From positions 1 through 47,013 of the forward strand of contig JBJMHS010000041.1 of assembly GCA_045807245.1 (NCBI GenBank): a DNA stretch of 47,013 nt, written 5' to 3'. The notes below the pieces were generated by a model. It was given only the letters and a program-made list of their open reading frames with translations. It was not told the DNA's origin and ran no database searches. The number at the start of each line of letters is the position of its first letter. Within the stretch, counting starts at the first letter, position 1. This document shows positions 10,333-18,187 of this stretch, one piece after another. The position numbers and the translations under genes are program-made. The DNA is from Actinomycetales bacterium. Lineage in GTDB: Bacteria > Actinomycetota > Actinomycetes > Actinomycetales > CAVURS01.

Positions 10333-10364
10333 TCTGCTCTGAGTCCGCGGGGACTCACAGCAGA
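10333..10364. repeat. REP-like palindrome (single copy), probable bidirectional terminator
   Basis: TCTGCTCTGAGTCC-GCGG-GGACTCACAGCAGA between convergent genes. Same family as the copies at 18.9 and 22.3 kb. Confidence 0.8.
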
Positions 10365-11044
10365 CGCGGCTGCTCGGGTGGCTGCGGCTGTTCGGGTGGC
10401 CGGGGCCGCCGGGCCGGGCGACGCTCGCCGGTGAACGTGGCCGCCACGGCCGCCACGTCCTCCTCGGGGTCCGCCTCGTCGACCGGGTCCGCGTCGGACG
10501 CCTCGCGGGCGCCCAGCGGCTCCATGTCGAGCTCGGCCGCCGCGGCCACGCCCTCGAGGTAGCCGCGAGCGCGCTCCAACCGGGGAAACGGCTCGAGGAG
10601 GGTCCAGAACCGCGCGTTGTGCGACGGCTCCAGCAGGTGGGCCAGCTCGTGCAGCAGGACGTAGTCGACGACCCATCCCGGCATGCCGCGCAGCCGGGAC
10701 GACATCCGGATCGTGCCGTCGAGCGGCGTACAGGACCCCCAGCGGCCGTGCTGGTTGTCGACCCAGCGGATCGAGACCGGGCGGGCCTTGCCGCCGAGGT
10801 ACTCGCGGGACAGCTCGTCGGCGCGGCGGACCAGGTCGCGAGAGGGCGCCTTGCGGCGACTCTCCTGGGCCCGGAGGCGCTCGACCATGGCGGCCACCCA
10901 GCGTCGCTCCTCGGCCGTCGAGAAGGACGCCGGGATCAGGACGACGATGCGTTCACCGTCCCGGTACGCACTGACGGTGCGCCGTCGGCGACCGCTGCGG
11001 CGCACCTCGATCTCCGGCTCAGGAGGCCCAGGAGGCACGGACAC
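10355..11044 (-). CDS. M48/YgjP (DUF45)-like metallopeptidase
   Basis: EVRRSGRRRRTVSAYR, RWGSCT and YVLLHELAHL (HExxH). Probable leaderless GTG at 11044. Confidence 0.9.
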   Translation of the reverse strand: MSVPPGPPEPEIEVRRSGRRRRTVSAYRDGERIVVLIPASFSTAEERRWVAAMVERLRAQESRRKAPSRDLVRRADELSREYLGGKARPVSIRWVDNQHGRWGSCTPLDGTIRMSSRLRGMPGWVVDYVLLHELAHLLEPSHNARFWTLLEPFPRLERARGYLEGVAAAAELDMEPLGAREASDADPVDEADPEEDVAAVAATFTGERRPARRPRPPEQPQPPEQPRLL

Positions 11045-11247
11045 GGGCCCATTGTGGCGAGGAATTTCCCTGCACAGGCGGTGGATGACATTTCTGCAGG
11101 TCAGCGGCCTGTCGTGAACGACGTCGGCCCTCCCGTACCCGGCTGTCCACAGCACCCTCCACCAGCTGTCCACTCAGTCCGGCCAGTCTTCCCCAGGCCA
11201 CCCACAGGGCTGTCCACCGACCGGCCGGGCGATCTGCCCGGTTCTCG

Positions 11248-11277
11248 TTGACGCCCGCTCCGGGCGGCACCTAGCGT
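11248..11277 (+). promoter_or_regulatory. Housekeeping sigma promoter
   Basis: TTGACG-N18-TAGCGT directly upstream of a long hairpin. Confidence 0.65.
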
Positions 11278-11285
11278 CCAAGGCA

Positions 11286-11358
11286 CGAGGCCTCCGGGGC
11301 GTTCGGTCCTCCCACGCTGGGGAAGGTGTGTCGGGACCGGGTCGCCCCGGCGGCCTCG
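11286..11358 (+). ncRNA. Candidate sRNA or structured leader: 73-nt extended hairpin with GGGGAA loop
   Basis: Four stacked helices: CGAGGCC/GGCCTCG, CCGGGGCG/CGCCCCGG, CGGTCCT/GGGACCG and CACGCT/GGTGTG. It starts near the predicted TSS. Family not recognised. Confidence 0.4.
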
Positions 11359-11581
11359 ATCTCTCGGCCAGCCTGACGTTAGGTGAGGGTACGGCGCGGG
11401 CTGAGCACGGGCCCCGCCTGCGCGGAGCACGAGCCGTGCTGGGTTAGGGTGAGTTCCGGTTCAGCGCCGTGGGTCTAGCAAGCCCACTCAAGCCGTCGGG
11501 CCGCGTGCTCCGGGGTGCACGGCACCACCGCGGCAGCTAGAGGGCAACAGGCCCCACCCACCGACAACGAGGAGATGCGAC

Positions 11582-11746
11582 ATGGCGGACACCGCCGAGA
11601 CCTACAAGGGCGAGTTCTACTGCGTGAAGTGCAAGGCGAAGCGTGAGGCCGAGGGCCGCGTCGTCGAGACGAACGGCCGCCGCATGGCGAAGGGCACCTG
11701 CCCGGTCTGCGGCACGAACCTCAACCGCATCCTCGGCAAGGCCTGA
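11582..11746 (+). CDS. DUF5679 small zinc-ribbon protein (54 aa)
   Basis: Below the ORF-track cutoff. MADTAETYKGEFYCVKCKAKREAEGRVVETNGRRMAKGTCPVCGTNLNRILGKA, two CxxC pairs, GAGGAG RBS. Confidence 0.9.
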   Translation: MADTAETYKGEFYCVKCKAKREAEGRVVETNGRRMAKGTCPVCGTNLNRILGKA

Positions 11747-11795
11747 TCGCAGGCCACAGGTCGACACAGCACGACGCAGCACCACCCTGCACGTC

Positions 11796-11839
11796 ACGGC
11801 GGGCGGTCACCCGGGAAGATCCGGATGGCCGCCCGCTGT
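11796..11839 (+). terminator. Hairpin terminator after DUF5679
   Basis: ACGGCGGGCGGTCA...TGGCCGCCCGCTGT stem. Confidence 0.6.
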
Positions 11840-11937
11840 CGTTCGCCCCCACCGATCCCACGGCCCAACTCCGGTCAATGCGGAGCCGGCCTGTGGACGA
11901 ACGCCTCGGACCCGGCGGCTGCTGACAGGCTGCGGCG

Positions 11938-12939
11938 ATGGCCGAACACCTGCCGCACCGCCCCGAGATCAAGCCGGGACTGCGGCAGGTGTGGCGCGAC
12001 GACACCACGCTGCAGATCGGCCTGACCCCGGACGCCGGCGTCGTCATCGCCGGGCTCGGGCCGCTGGACGCACAGCTGATCGAGCACCTGGACGGCACCC
12101 GCCGGCTCAGCGACCTCGAGCGCTGGGCCCGCGCTCGCGGCGCCGACCCGGGCCGCGTCCGCGCCCTGCTCGACCTGCTGGCCGGTGCCGGCGTGCTGAC
12201 CGGCCAGCCCGCCGACCGCGCGCACCTGCACCGGCTCGGCCCGGACCGACACCAAGAGCTGCGTCCGGACGCGCTGGCCTGGTCGGTCACCTACCCGGAC
12301 GCCGGGGACGGGTTCGAGCTGCTCGCCCGACGCACCCGGCGACCGGTGCTCCTCATCGGCCGCGGCCGGCTGGCAACGGCCTGCCTCGCGGCCCTGTCCC
12401 CCACGGCCGTCCCGATCGAGCATGCGCAGACGACGCGGGACGGGCTGGCCACGGTGGCCCGTCTGGCCGGAGATGACCGGCACTCGGCGTACCGGCTGGT
12501 CGTCCTGGTCGAAGAGGACGCGGTCAGTACGGCGGTCGGCTCGGCTCTGCTGGCCGAGGGCCTGCCGCACCTCGTCGTGCTCGCCGGCGCGGACCGCGCG
12601 AGCGTGGGCCCGCTCGTCGTACCGGGCCGGTCGGCCTGCCTGCGCTGTCTGGAGCTGGCTCGCACCGACCGCGACCCCGGCTGGCCCGCCGTTGCCGCGC
12701 AGCTCGACAGTCCGGCGGCGGCGGTCCGCGGCGAGTCGGCGCTCACCCAGCTGGTGGCCGCTCTGGTCGCGCTCCAGGTCACCTGCTGGGTGGACGAGCG
12801 CCGTACCCCGGCCAGTGTCGGAGCCACCCTCACGGTGGCCCTGCCGGACGGCCTGACCTGCCGTCGTACCTGGCAGCGCCACCCACGATGCGGCTGTTCC
12901 TGGCTGCCGGGAGCGCTTCGTTCGGACGCGGCGGGCTGA
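11938..12939 (+). CDS. ThiF/E1-like fold protein (Rv3196-like; TOMM leader-binding-like)
   Basis: VWRDDTTLQIG, VGPLVVPGRSACLRC, DRDPGWP and HPRCGC. Usual position before the ABC1 kinase. Confidence 0.82.
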   Translation: MAEHLPHRPEIKPGLRQVWRDDTTLQIGLTPDAGVVIAGLGPLDAQLIEHLDGTRRLSDLERWARARGADPGRVRALLDLLAGAGVLTGQPADRAHLHRLGPDRHQELRPDALAWSVTYPDAGDGFELLARRTRRPVLLIGRGRLATACLAALSPTAVPIEHAQTTRDGLATVARLAGDDRHSAYRLVVLVEEDAVSTAVGSALLAEGLPHLVVLAGADRASVGPLVVPGRSACLRCLELARTDRDPGWPAVAAQLDSPAAAVRGESALTQLVAALVALQVTCWVDERRTPASVGATLTVALPDGLTCRRTWQRHPRCGCSWLPGALRSDAAG

Positions 12940-12958
12940 GGCTTGAGAGGATGTCGTC

Positions 12959-14278
12959 ATGTCCGACCTGCCGCGCCGTGCGGTTACCCGCAGCGCGCGG
13001 CTGGCCTCACTGCCGCTGGGCTTCGCCGGCCGTACGGCGCTCGGGCTCGGCAAGCGGGTCGGCGGGCAACCGGCGGAGGCCGTCGCCGCCGAGGTCCAGC
13101 GGCGCACCGCCGAGCAGCTGTTCAAGGTCCTGGGGGAGCTCAAGGGCGGCGCGATGAAGTTCGGCCAGGCCTTGTCGGTGTTCGAGGCGGCGCTGCCGGA
13201 GGAGCTGGCCGGTCCCTACCGCGCCACCCTGGTCAAGCTCCAGGACGCCGCACCGCCGATGCCTGCGGCCACAGTGCACGGGGTGCTGGCTCAGGACCTC
13301 GGACCGAGGTGGCGGCAGAGGTTCCAGTCGTTCGAGGACTTCCCCGCCGCCGCGGCCTCGATCGGCCAGGTGCACAAGGCCGTCTGGAAGGACGGGCGGA
13401 CCGTCGCGGTCAAGGTGCAGTACCCCGGTGCCGGGCCGGCCCTGATCAGCGACCTCAACCAGGTCAGCCGGGTCGCGCGGGTGGCCGCCGGGTGGATCCC
13501 AGGCCTGGACATCAAGCCGATCATGGCCGAGCTCAAGGCGCGGGTCAGCGAGGAGCTCGACTACGGGCTCGAGGCCCGCTCGCAGGCGGCGTTCGCGAAG
13601 GCGTTCGCCGGGCATCCCCGGTTCGCCGTGCCGGCCGTCGTGGCGTCCGGCGAGCGCGTCATCGTGTCCGAGTGGCTGGACGGCCGGCCGCTGTCCCGGC
13701 TGATCTCCTCCGGTAGCCAGCAGGAGCGCGACGAGGCGGCCGCGCTGTACCTGGAGTTTCTGCTGGCCGGGCCCGAGCAGGCCCGGCTGCTGCACGCCGA
13801 CCCGCATCCGGGCAACTACCGGATGACGCCGGACGGGCGGCTCGGGATCCTTGACTTCGGCGCGGTGAACCGGCTGCCGCACGGCCTGCCCCCGGAGACC
13901 GGGCGGCTGCTGTCCATCGCGCTGAGCGGCGACGGTGAGACGGTCGTCGAGGGCCTGCGCGAGGAGGGCTTCATCAAGTCCTCGATCGAGATCGACGGGG
14001 ACGCCCTGCTCGCCTATCTGCGGCCCTTCATGGAGCCGTTGTCGGTCGAGCGGTTCCAGTTCAACCGGGCCTGGCTGCGTGGGCTGTTCCAGCACGTGCA
14101 CGACCCCCGCCGCCCGCAGTGGGCCGTCGGGCTCAAGCTCAACCTGCCGCCGTCGTACCTGCTCATCCACCGGGTCTGGCTCGGCGGCATCGGCGTCCTG
14201 TGCCAGCTCGAGGGTGAGGTGGCGGCCCGGGACATCCTGGCCGCCAACCTGCCCGGGCTGGAGCTCCCCCCGCTGTAG
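12959..14278 (+). CDS. AarF/ABC1/UbiB family atypical kinase (Rv3197-like)
   Basis: LKGGAMKFGQ, AAASIGQVH, VAVKVQYPG, HADPHPGN and LDFG. Confidence 0.95.
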   Translation: MSDLPRRAVTRSARLASLPLGFAGRTALGLGKRVGGQPAEAVAAEVQRRTAEQLFKVLGELKGGAMKFGQALSVFEAALPEELAGPYRATLVKLQDAAPPMPAATVHGVLAQDLGPRWRQRFQSFEDFPAAAASIGQVHKAVWKDGRTVAVKVQYPGAGPALISDLNQVSRVARVAAGWIPGLDIKPIMAELKARVSEELDYGLEARSQAAFAKAFAGHPRFAVPAVVASGERVIVSEWLDGRPLSRLISSGSQQERDEAAALYLEFLLAGPEQARLLHADPHPGNYRMTPDGRLGILDFGAVNRLPHGLPPETGRLLSIALSGDGETVVEGLREEGFIKSSIEIDGDALLAYLRPFMEPLSVERFQFNRAWLRGLFQHVHDPRRPQWAVGLKLNLPPSYLLIHRVWLGGIGVLCQLEGEVAARDILAANLPGLELPPL

Positions 14279-14335
14279 GCCGCCTCCGCAGCACCCGGGG
14301 CTCCCGGCGTACTCGGGGCCACTCGCCTCAGCACC

Positions 14336-14407
14336 CGCGGTGCTCCCTGGGGCCCGGTGATCAGCCGCGCCAGCGGCCGCGATCACCGGGCCCCAGGGAG
14401 CACCGCG
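14336..14407. repeat. Perfect 27-bp inverted repeat between convergent genes
   Basis: CGCGGTGCTCCCTGGGGCCCGGTGATC, an 18-nt loop, then the exact reverse complement. Confidence 0.85.
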
Positions 14408-14506
14408 CGGGGTGGGGAGCACGACGGAGGCCGGCCCCTGGAGCGGGAGATCGGATGTTCTCGATCGGCTCCTGGGACCGGCCTCGTCCTGGCTGTCGCT
14501 CGAACG

Positions 14507-14686
14507 TCAGGCGTTCAGGGCGACCAGCCTCCGGTGGGCGCGCTCGCTCGCGGCCTTGGCCCGCCGAGCCCTCCGCTCGGCGCGGGCCAGCCGCATCAGG
14601 CGGCGAGCTGCCCTCGACTGCTCGGCCTCGCGCAGCATCTGCTGTTGATGGGCGCGGGCCATGTCCTCGTACATCGACTGGTACAT
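14507..14686 (-). CDS. Small Arg/Ala-rich helical protein downstream of whiB7 (59 aa)
   Basis: MYQSMYEDMARAHQQQMLREAEQSRAARRLMRLARAERRARRAKAASERAHRRLVALNA with a GAGGAG RBS. Missed by the ORF track. Confidence 0.7.
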   Translation of the reverse strand: MYQSMYEDMARAHQQQMLREAEQSRAARRLMRLARAERRARRAKAASERAHRRLVALNA

Positions 14687-14784
14687 CGTGGTTCTCCTCA
14701 GGTGTCATCTGTGGACTTCTTCGTTGGTGTCATCTGACGTCGCTGACCCGGTGGGTCAGCGGGCGCGCGCTCGGGTCGTCAGGG

Positions 14785-15084
14785 TCATGCGGCGACCTCG
14801 TTCTTCCGAGGCCGTCCCCGTGGCCGCTTGCGGGCCACGACGACGCCCTGGACGAACAGCTCGCCGCCCCAGACGCCCCAGGGCTCGCTGCGCTGGAGCG
14901 CGCCGTCCAGGCAGGCCGCGCGGGCCGGGCACTCCCGACACAGGGCCTTGGCCTGCTCGACGTGCGCGGGCAGCTCGGCGAACCAGAGCTCGGCGTCGTA
15001 CACCCGGCAGGGGATCTCGCTGCTGACCGCGTCCTCGTCGACCTCGGGGCCGACCAGTGCGTCAAGCAGAGCCGAGAGCTGCAT
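14785..15084 (-). CDS. whiB7: WhiB7/WblC transcriptional activator
   Basis: Four Cys, EPWGVWGGE and the C-terminal AT-hook RPRGRPRK. GGAGG RBS before ATG 15084. Confidence 0.96.
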   Translation of the reverse strand: MQLSALLDALVGPEVDEDAVSSEIPCRVYDAELWFAELPAHVEQAKALCRECPARAACLDGALQRSEPWGVWGGELFVQGVVVARKRPRGRPRKNEVAA

Positions 15085-15184
15085 CGGGGTCACCTCCATC
15101 TTCGTGTCGTTCGAACCGTGTGTGCTGGTGGCTTCGTGGTTCTTCATCTGTCGTGACTGATCTGTCTGTGACTTTGTGACCGAC

Positions 15185-15227
15185 AAACAAAAAGGCCGCG
15201 GATCCCGGGTCTCGGGTTCCGCGGCCT
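15185..15227 (-). terminator. whiB7 leader Rho-independent terminator (attenuator)
   Basis: Minus strand AGGCCGCGGAACCCG-agacc-CGGGATCCGCGGCCT followed by TTTTGTTT, just after the uORF stop. Confidence 0.9.
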
Positions 15228-15252
15228 GAAGGTGACCGGTTCGATGAAACAT

Positions 15253-15483
15253 CTATACCGGTGGGCTCCAGGTCAGGTAACCCGAGGAGAGGGCCTTGGT
15301 GCTGTCATCCGTCTGCGGCAGGACATAGCCGAGGGTGGTGCCGGTCGCGAGCACAGTGGTCCCCTGGAAGGCGGCCATGGTGGCCCCGGAGATCACCGGA
15401 CGGATACGGGAGAAGGCGCGCAGGGAGGGCTCGCTGCAGCTCGTGTGCATGTCCTGCACCGCCAGCTCGATGACGTTCTCCAC
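15253..15483 (-). CDS. whiB7 upstream ORF (leader peptide, 76 aa)
   Basis: GAGAGGAGG RBS plus GTG. Ends ...STKALSSGYLTWSPPV, 25 nt before the terminator. Confidence 0.8.
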   Translation of the reverse strand: MENVIELAVQDMHTSCSEPSLRAFSRIRPVISGATMAAFQGTTVLATGTTLGYVLPQTDDSTKALSSGYLTWSPPV

Positions 15484-15545
15484 GACGCACCTCCTCTCGA
15501 CTCGCGCGGACGTTCTGCGGCCGCCCTTCGGGCGGCACCTCGGAC

Positions 15546-15584
15546 AGAGTAGGGGCGCACCTGTGACGGGCACAACGCATTTTC
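15546..15584 (-). promoter_or_regulatory. WhiB7-autoregulated promoter
   Basis: GAAAAT-N3-TTGTGC-N18-TACTCT, an AT-rich WhiB7 site directly upstream of the -35. Confidence 0.8.
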
Positions 15585-15618
15585 TCGACGGACTGTCATC
15601 CGTCGCCCGATCGTGACC

Positions 15619-17742
15619 CTAGGAGGCCCCTTCGGCGGGATCCTTCCCGTCCAGGAGGGCTAGAACCGCTGGCCCGTACCGCTCGAGCTTGGCCGCCCCG
15701 ACGCCTGCGATGCCCGCCAGGTCCAGGGTGGAGGACGGCCGGGTCTCGGCGATGGCGGTCAGCGTCGCGTCGGTGAACACGACGTACGCCGGGACCTTGG
15801 CCTCCGTCGCGGTCTCGAGCCGCCAGGCGCGCAGGGCCTCGAAGGTCGCCTCGTCGTACGTCGGCGGGCAGCTCGAGCAGCGCCCGACCTTGCGCTCCGC
15901 CCCTGTCATGAGCGTCTTGCCGCAGGTGCGGCACGTCGTCGGCATCGGGCGCCCCCGACGCGCCTTCCGGCCGGACTCCCTTGGGCCAGAAGGGTTCTCG
16001 TGATCGGTCGGGTCGACAGGGCGCAGGCCGTCGAGGAACCGCGACGGCTTGCGGCTGGCCCGCCCTCCGGGCGTACGGGACTTGGCCCATGACAGCGCGA
16101 GGTGCTCGCGGGCCCGGGTCACCCCGACGTACAGCAGCCGGCGCTCCTCCTCCACCGCGGTGAGCCCCTCGGCGAAGCTGATGGGCAGCAGACCCTCGGT
16201 CAGCCCGGTGAGGAAGACGGCGTCCCACTCCAGGCCCTTGGCGGCGTGCAGCGAGGCCAGGGTGACGCCGTCGACGGTGGGGGCGTGCTGGGCCGCGGCC
16301 CGCTCGTCCAGCTCGGTCACCAGCTCGGCCAGCGTCGCCCCCGGCCTGGCCTGCTCGATCTCGTCGGCGAGGGCGGCCAGGGCCTGCAGGGACTCCCAGC
16401 GCTCCCGCACCGCGCCGGTGCCGGCCGGCGCCTCCGCCGACCACCCGGCGGAGGACAGGGCGTCCCGCGTCGCCTGCCCGAGGGGCTGGGCGGCGTCCGC
16501 CGAGCGGGCGGCGCCGCGCAGCAGCACCACGGCCTCACGGACCTCGCGCCGGGCGAAGAACCGCTCCCCGCCGCGCAGCAGGTACGGCACGCCGGCCTCG
16601 GCCAGGGCCTGCTCGAACGGCTCGGACTGGGCGTTCGTGCGGTAGAGAACGGCGATCTCGCTGGCCCGCATGCCGTTCGCGATCAGCTTGGCCGCCGACG
16701 TCGCGACGCCACCGGCCTCGGCGACGTCGTCCGCGTACGACGTGAAGCTGGGCTCCGGGCCCGGCGGCCGCTGCGCCCGGAGCTCCAGCCGGGCTTTCCG
16801 GGCCGGGCCCCCCGCGCGGGCCAGCACCTGGTTGGCCAGGTGCACGACCTGCGGGGTCGACCGGTAGTCCCGGACCAGCTTCACCACCCGGGCCTCGGGG
16901 AACCGGCGCGGGAACTCCAGCAGGTACTGAGGGCTGGCGCCGGTGAACGAGTAGATCGTCTGGGCCGCGTCACCGACCACACACAGGTCCTGCCGGCCGC
17001 CCAGCCAGAGGTCGAGCAGGTGCTGATGCAGGGGGTTGACGTCCTGGTACTCGTCGACGACGAAGTGACGGTACTGCTCGCGCACGGTCGCGGCGATGTG
17101 GGCGTTGTCCTGCAGCACTCCGGCCGTCACGAGCAACACGTCCTCGAAGTCGATGACCCCGCGCTCCTCCTTGACCTGCTCATAGGTCTCGAGCAGGCGG
17201 GCCACGGTCGTCAGGTCGAGGCCGGCCGGGTCGCGCCCCGCCGCCCGGGCCGCCACCGGGTAGGACTCCGGGGTCAGCAGGCTGACCTTGGCCCACTCGA
17301 CCTCGGCGGCGAGGTCACGGACGGCGGCCCGGTCGACCGACAACCGCAGCCGAGAGGCGGCCTCGGCGACGACACCCGCCTTCTGCGGCAGGACCTCCGG
17401 CGCCGGCCCGCCGATGGCCTGCGGCCAGAAGTAGTGCAGCTGGCGCAGGGCGGCCGCGTGGAAGGTCCTGGCCTGCACGCCGGGGACGCCCAGGTCGCGC
17501 AGCCGCGAGCGCATCTGCCCGGCCGCGCGAGCAGTGAAGGTCACGGCCAGCACGCGCTGCGGCGCGAGCACCCCCGACAGCACGCCGTACGCGATCCGGT
17601 GGGTGATGGCCCGGGTCTTGCCGGTCCCCGCGCCGGCGAGGACGCACAGCGGTCCGGTCAGGCTTGAGGCGACCTCGCGCTGCTCCGGGTCGAGCGCCGC
17701 CAGCACGGAGTCGGCGGTTCGGGACGGCTGCTCGCTGGACAT
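15619..17742 (-). CDS. uvrD2: ATP-dependent DNA helicase UvrD2
   Basis: AGAGTGKT, VDEYQD, HAAKGLEW, a tetracysteine motif (CRTC...CSSC) and a C-terminal HRDC domain (VPAYVVFTDATL). Confidence 0.95.
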   Translation of the reverse strand: MSSEQPSRTADSVLAALDPEQREVASSLTGPLCVLAGAGTGKTRAITHRIAYGVLSGVLAPQRVLAVTFTARAAGQMRSRLRDLGVPGVQARTFHAAALRQLHYFWPQAIGGPAPEVLPQKAGVVAEAASRLRLSVDRAAVRDLAAEVEWAKVSLLTPESYPVAARAAGRDPAGLDLTTVARLLETYEQVKEERGVIDFEDVLLVTAGVLQDNAHIAATVREQYRHFVVDEYQDVNPLHQHLLDLWLGGRQDLCVVGDAAQTIYSFTGASPQYLLEFPRRFPEARVVKLVRDYRSTPQVVHLANQVLARAGGPARKARLELRAQRPPGPEPSFTSYADDVAEAGGVATSAAKLIANGMRASEIAVLYRTNAQSEPFEQALAEAGVPYLLRGGERFFARREVREAVVLLRGAARSADAAQPLGQATRDALSSAGWSAEAPAGTGAVRERWESLQALAALADEIEQARPGATLAELVTELDERAAAQHAPTVDGVTLASLHAAKGLEWDAVFLTGLTEGLLPISFAEGLTAVEEERRLLYVGVTRAREHLALSWAKSRTPGGRASRKPSRFLDGLRPVDPTDHENPSGPRESGRKARRGRPMPTTCRTCGKTLMTGAERKVGRCSSCPPTYDEATFEALRAWRLETATEAKVPAYVVFTDATLTAIAETRPSSTLDLAGIAGVGAAKLERYGPAVLALLDGKDPAEGAS

Positions 17743-17749
17743 CGCACCC

Positions 17750-17771
17750 ATCCTGTCAGCCGGCACCGACG
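17750..17771 (-). promoter_or_regulatory. PafBC / RecA-NDp-type promoter of uvrD2
   Basis: cGTCGGtg, 10-nt spacer after GTCGG, -10 CAGGAT, 7 nt, then ATG (leaderless). Confidence 0.6.
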
Positions 17772-17832
17772 TTCTGGTGCGGGCGAGGAACCGAGCACGT
17801 GGTGGGGATCACACGTCCTTTCGACCGATTCA

Positions 17833-17858
17833 GGAAGGTCCCGACTTTCGCCGATGTT
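17833..17858 (+). promoter_or_regulatory. SigR/SigH-type promoter of mycoredoxin
   Basis: GGAAG-N18-GTT. Confidence 0.55.
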
Positions 17859-17911
17859 CCCGTGGGTGCAGACTGTCGTTTATCGCTCAACTACCAGGGA
17901 GCTCCACCACG

Positions 17912-18169
17912 ATGTCGCTCACACCTCAGGCCGGGACCGTTCGGATGTACTCGACGACCTGGTGCGGTTACTGCCGGCGGCTGAAGACGCTGCTGGACCG
18001 TGAGGGGATCGCCTACACCGAGGTCGACATCGAGCAGGACGAGCAGTCCGCCGAGTACGTCATGAGCGTCAACGGCGGCAACCAGACAGTGCCCACCGTC
18101 GTCTTCCCGGACGGTTCCGCCGCGACCAACCCGACCTTGCAGGACGTCAAGGAGCGCCTCGCTGCCTGA
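17912..18169 (+). CDS. mrx1: Mycoredoxin-1
   Basis: MYSTTWCGYCRRLK and VNGGNQTVPTV; divergent from uvrD2. Confidence 0.93.
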   Translation: MSLTPQAGTVRMYSTTWCGYCRRLKTLLDREGIAYTEVDIEQDEQSAEYVMSVNGGNQTVPTVVFPDGSAATNPTLQDVKERLAA

Positions 18170-18187
18170 CCGCACCGGCGGCGCGAC

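Noticed and set aside
11582..14278. TOMM/RiPP or ubiquitin-like cluster (DUF5679 as precursor, ThiF-like as maturase)
   Set aside because: There is no YcaO, dehydrogenase or exporter. The DUF5679 Cys residues form CxxC Zn pairs, it lacks a C-terminal GG, and a terminator follows it. The ThiF-like/ABC1 pair is ordinary core synteny.
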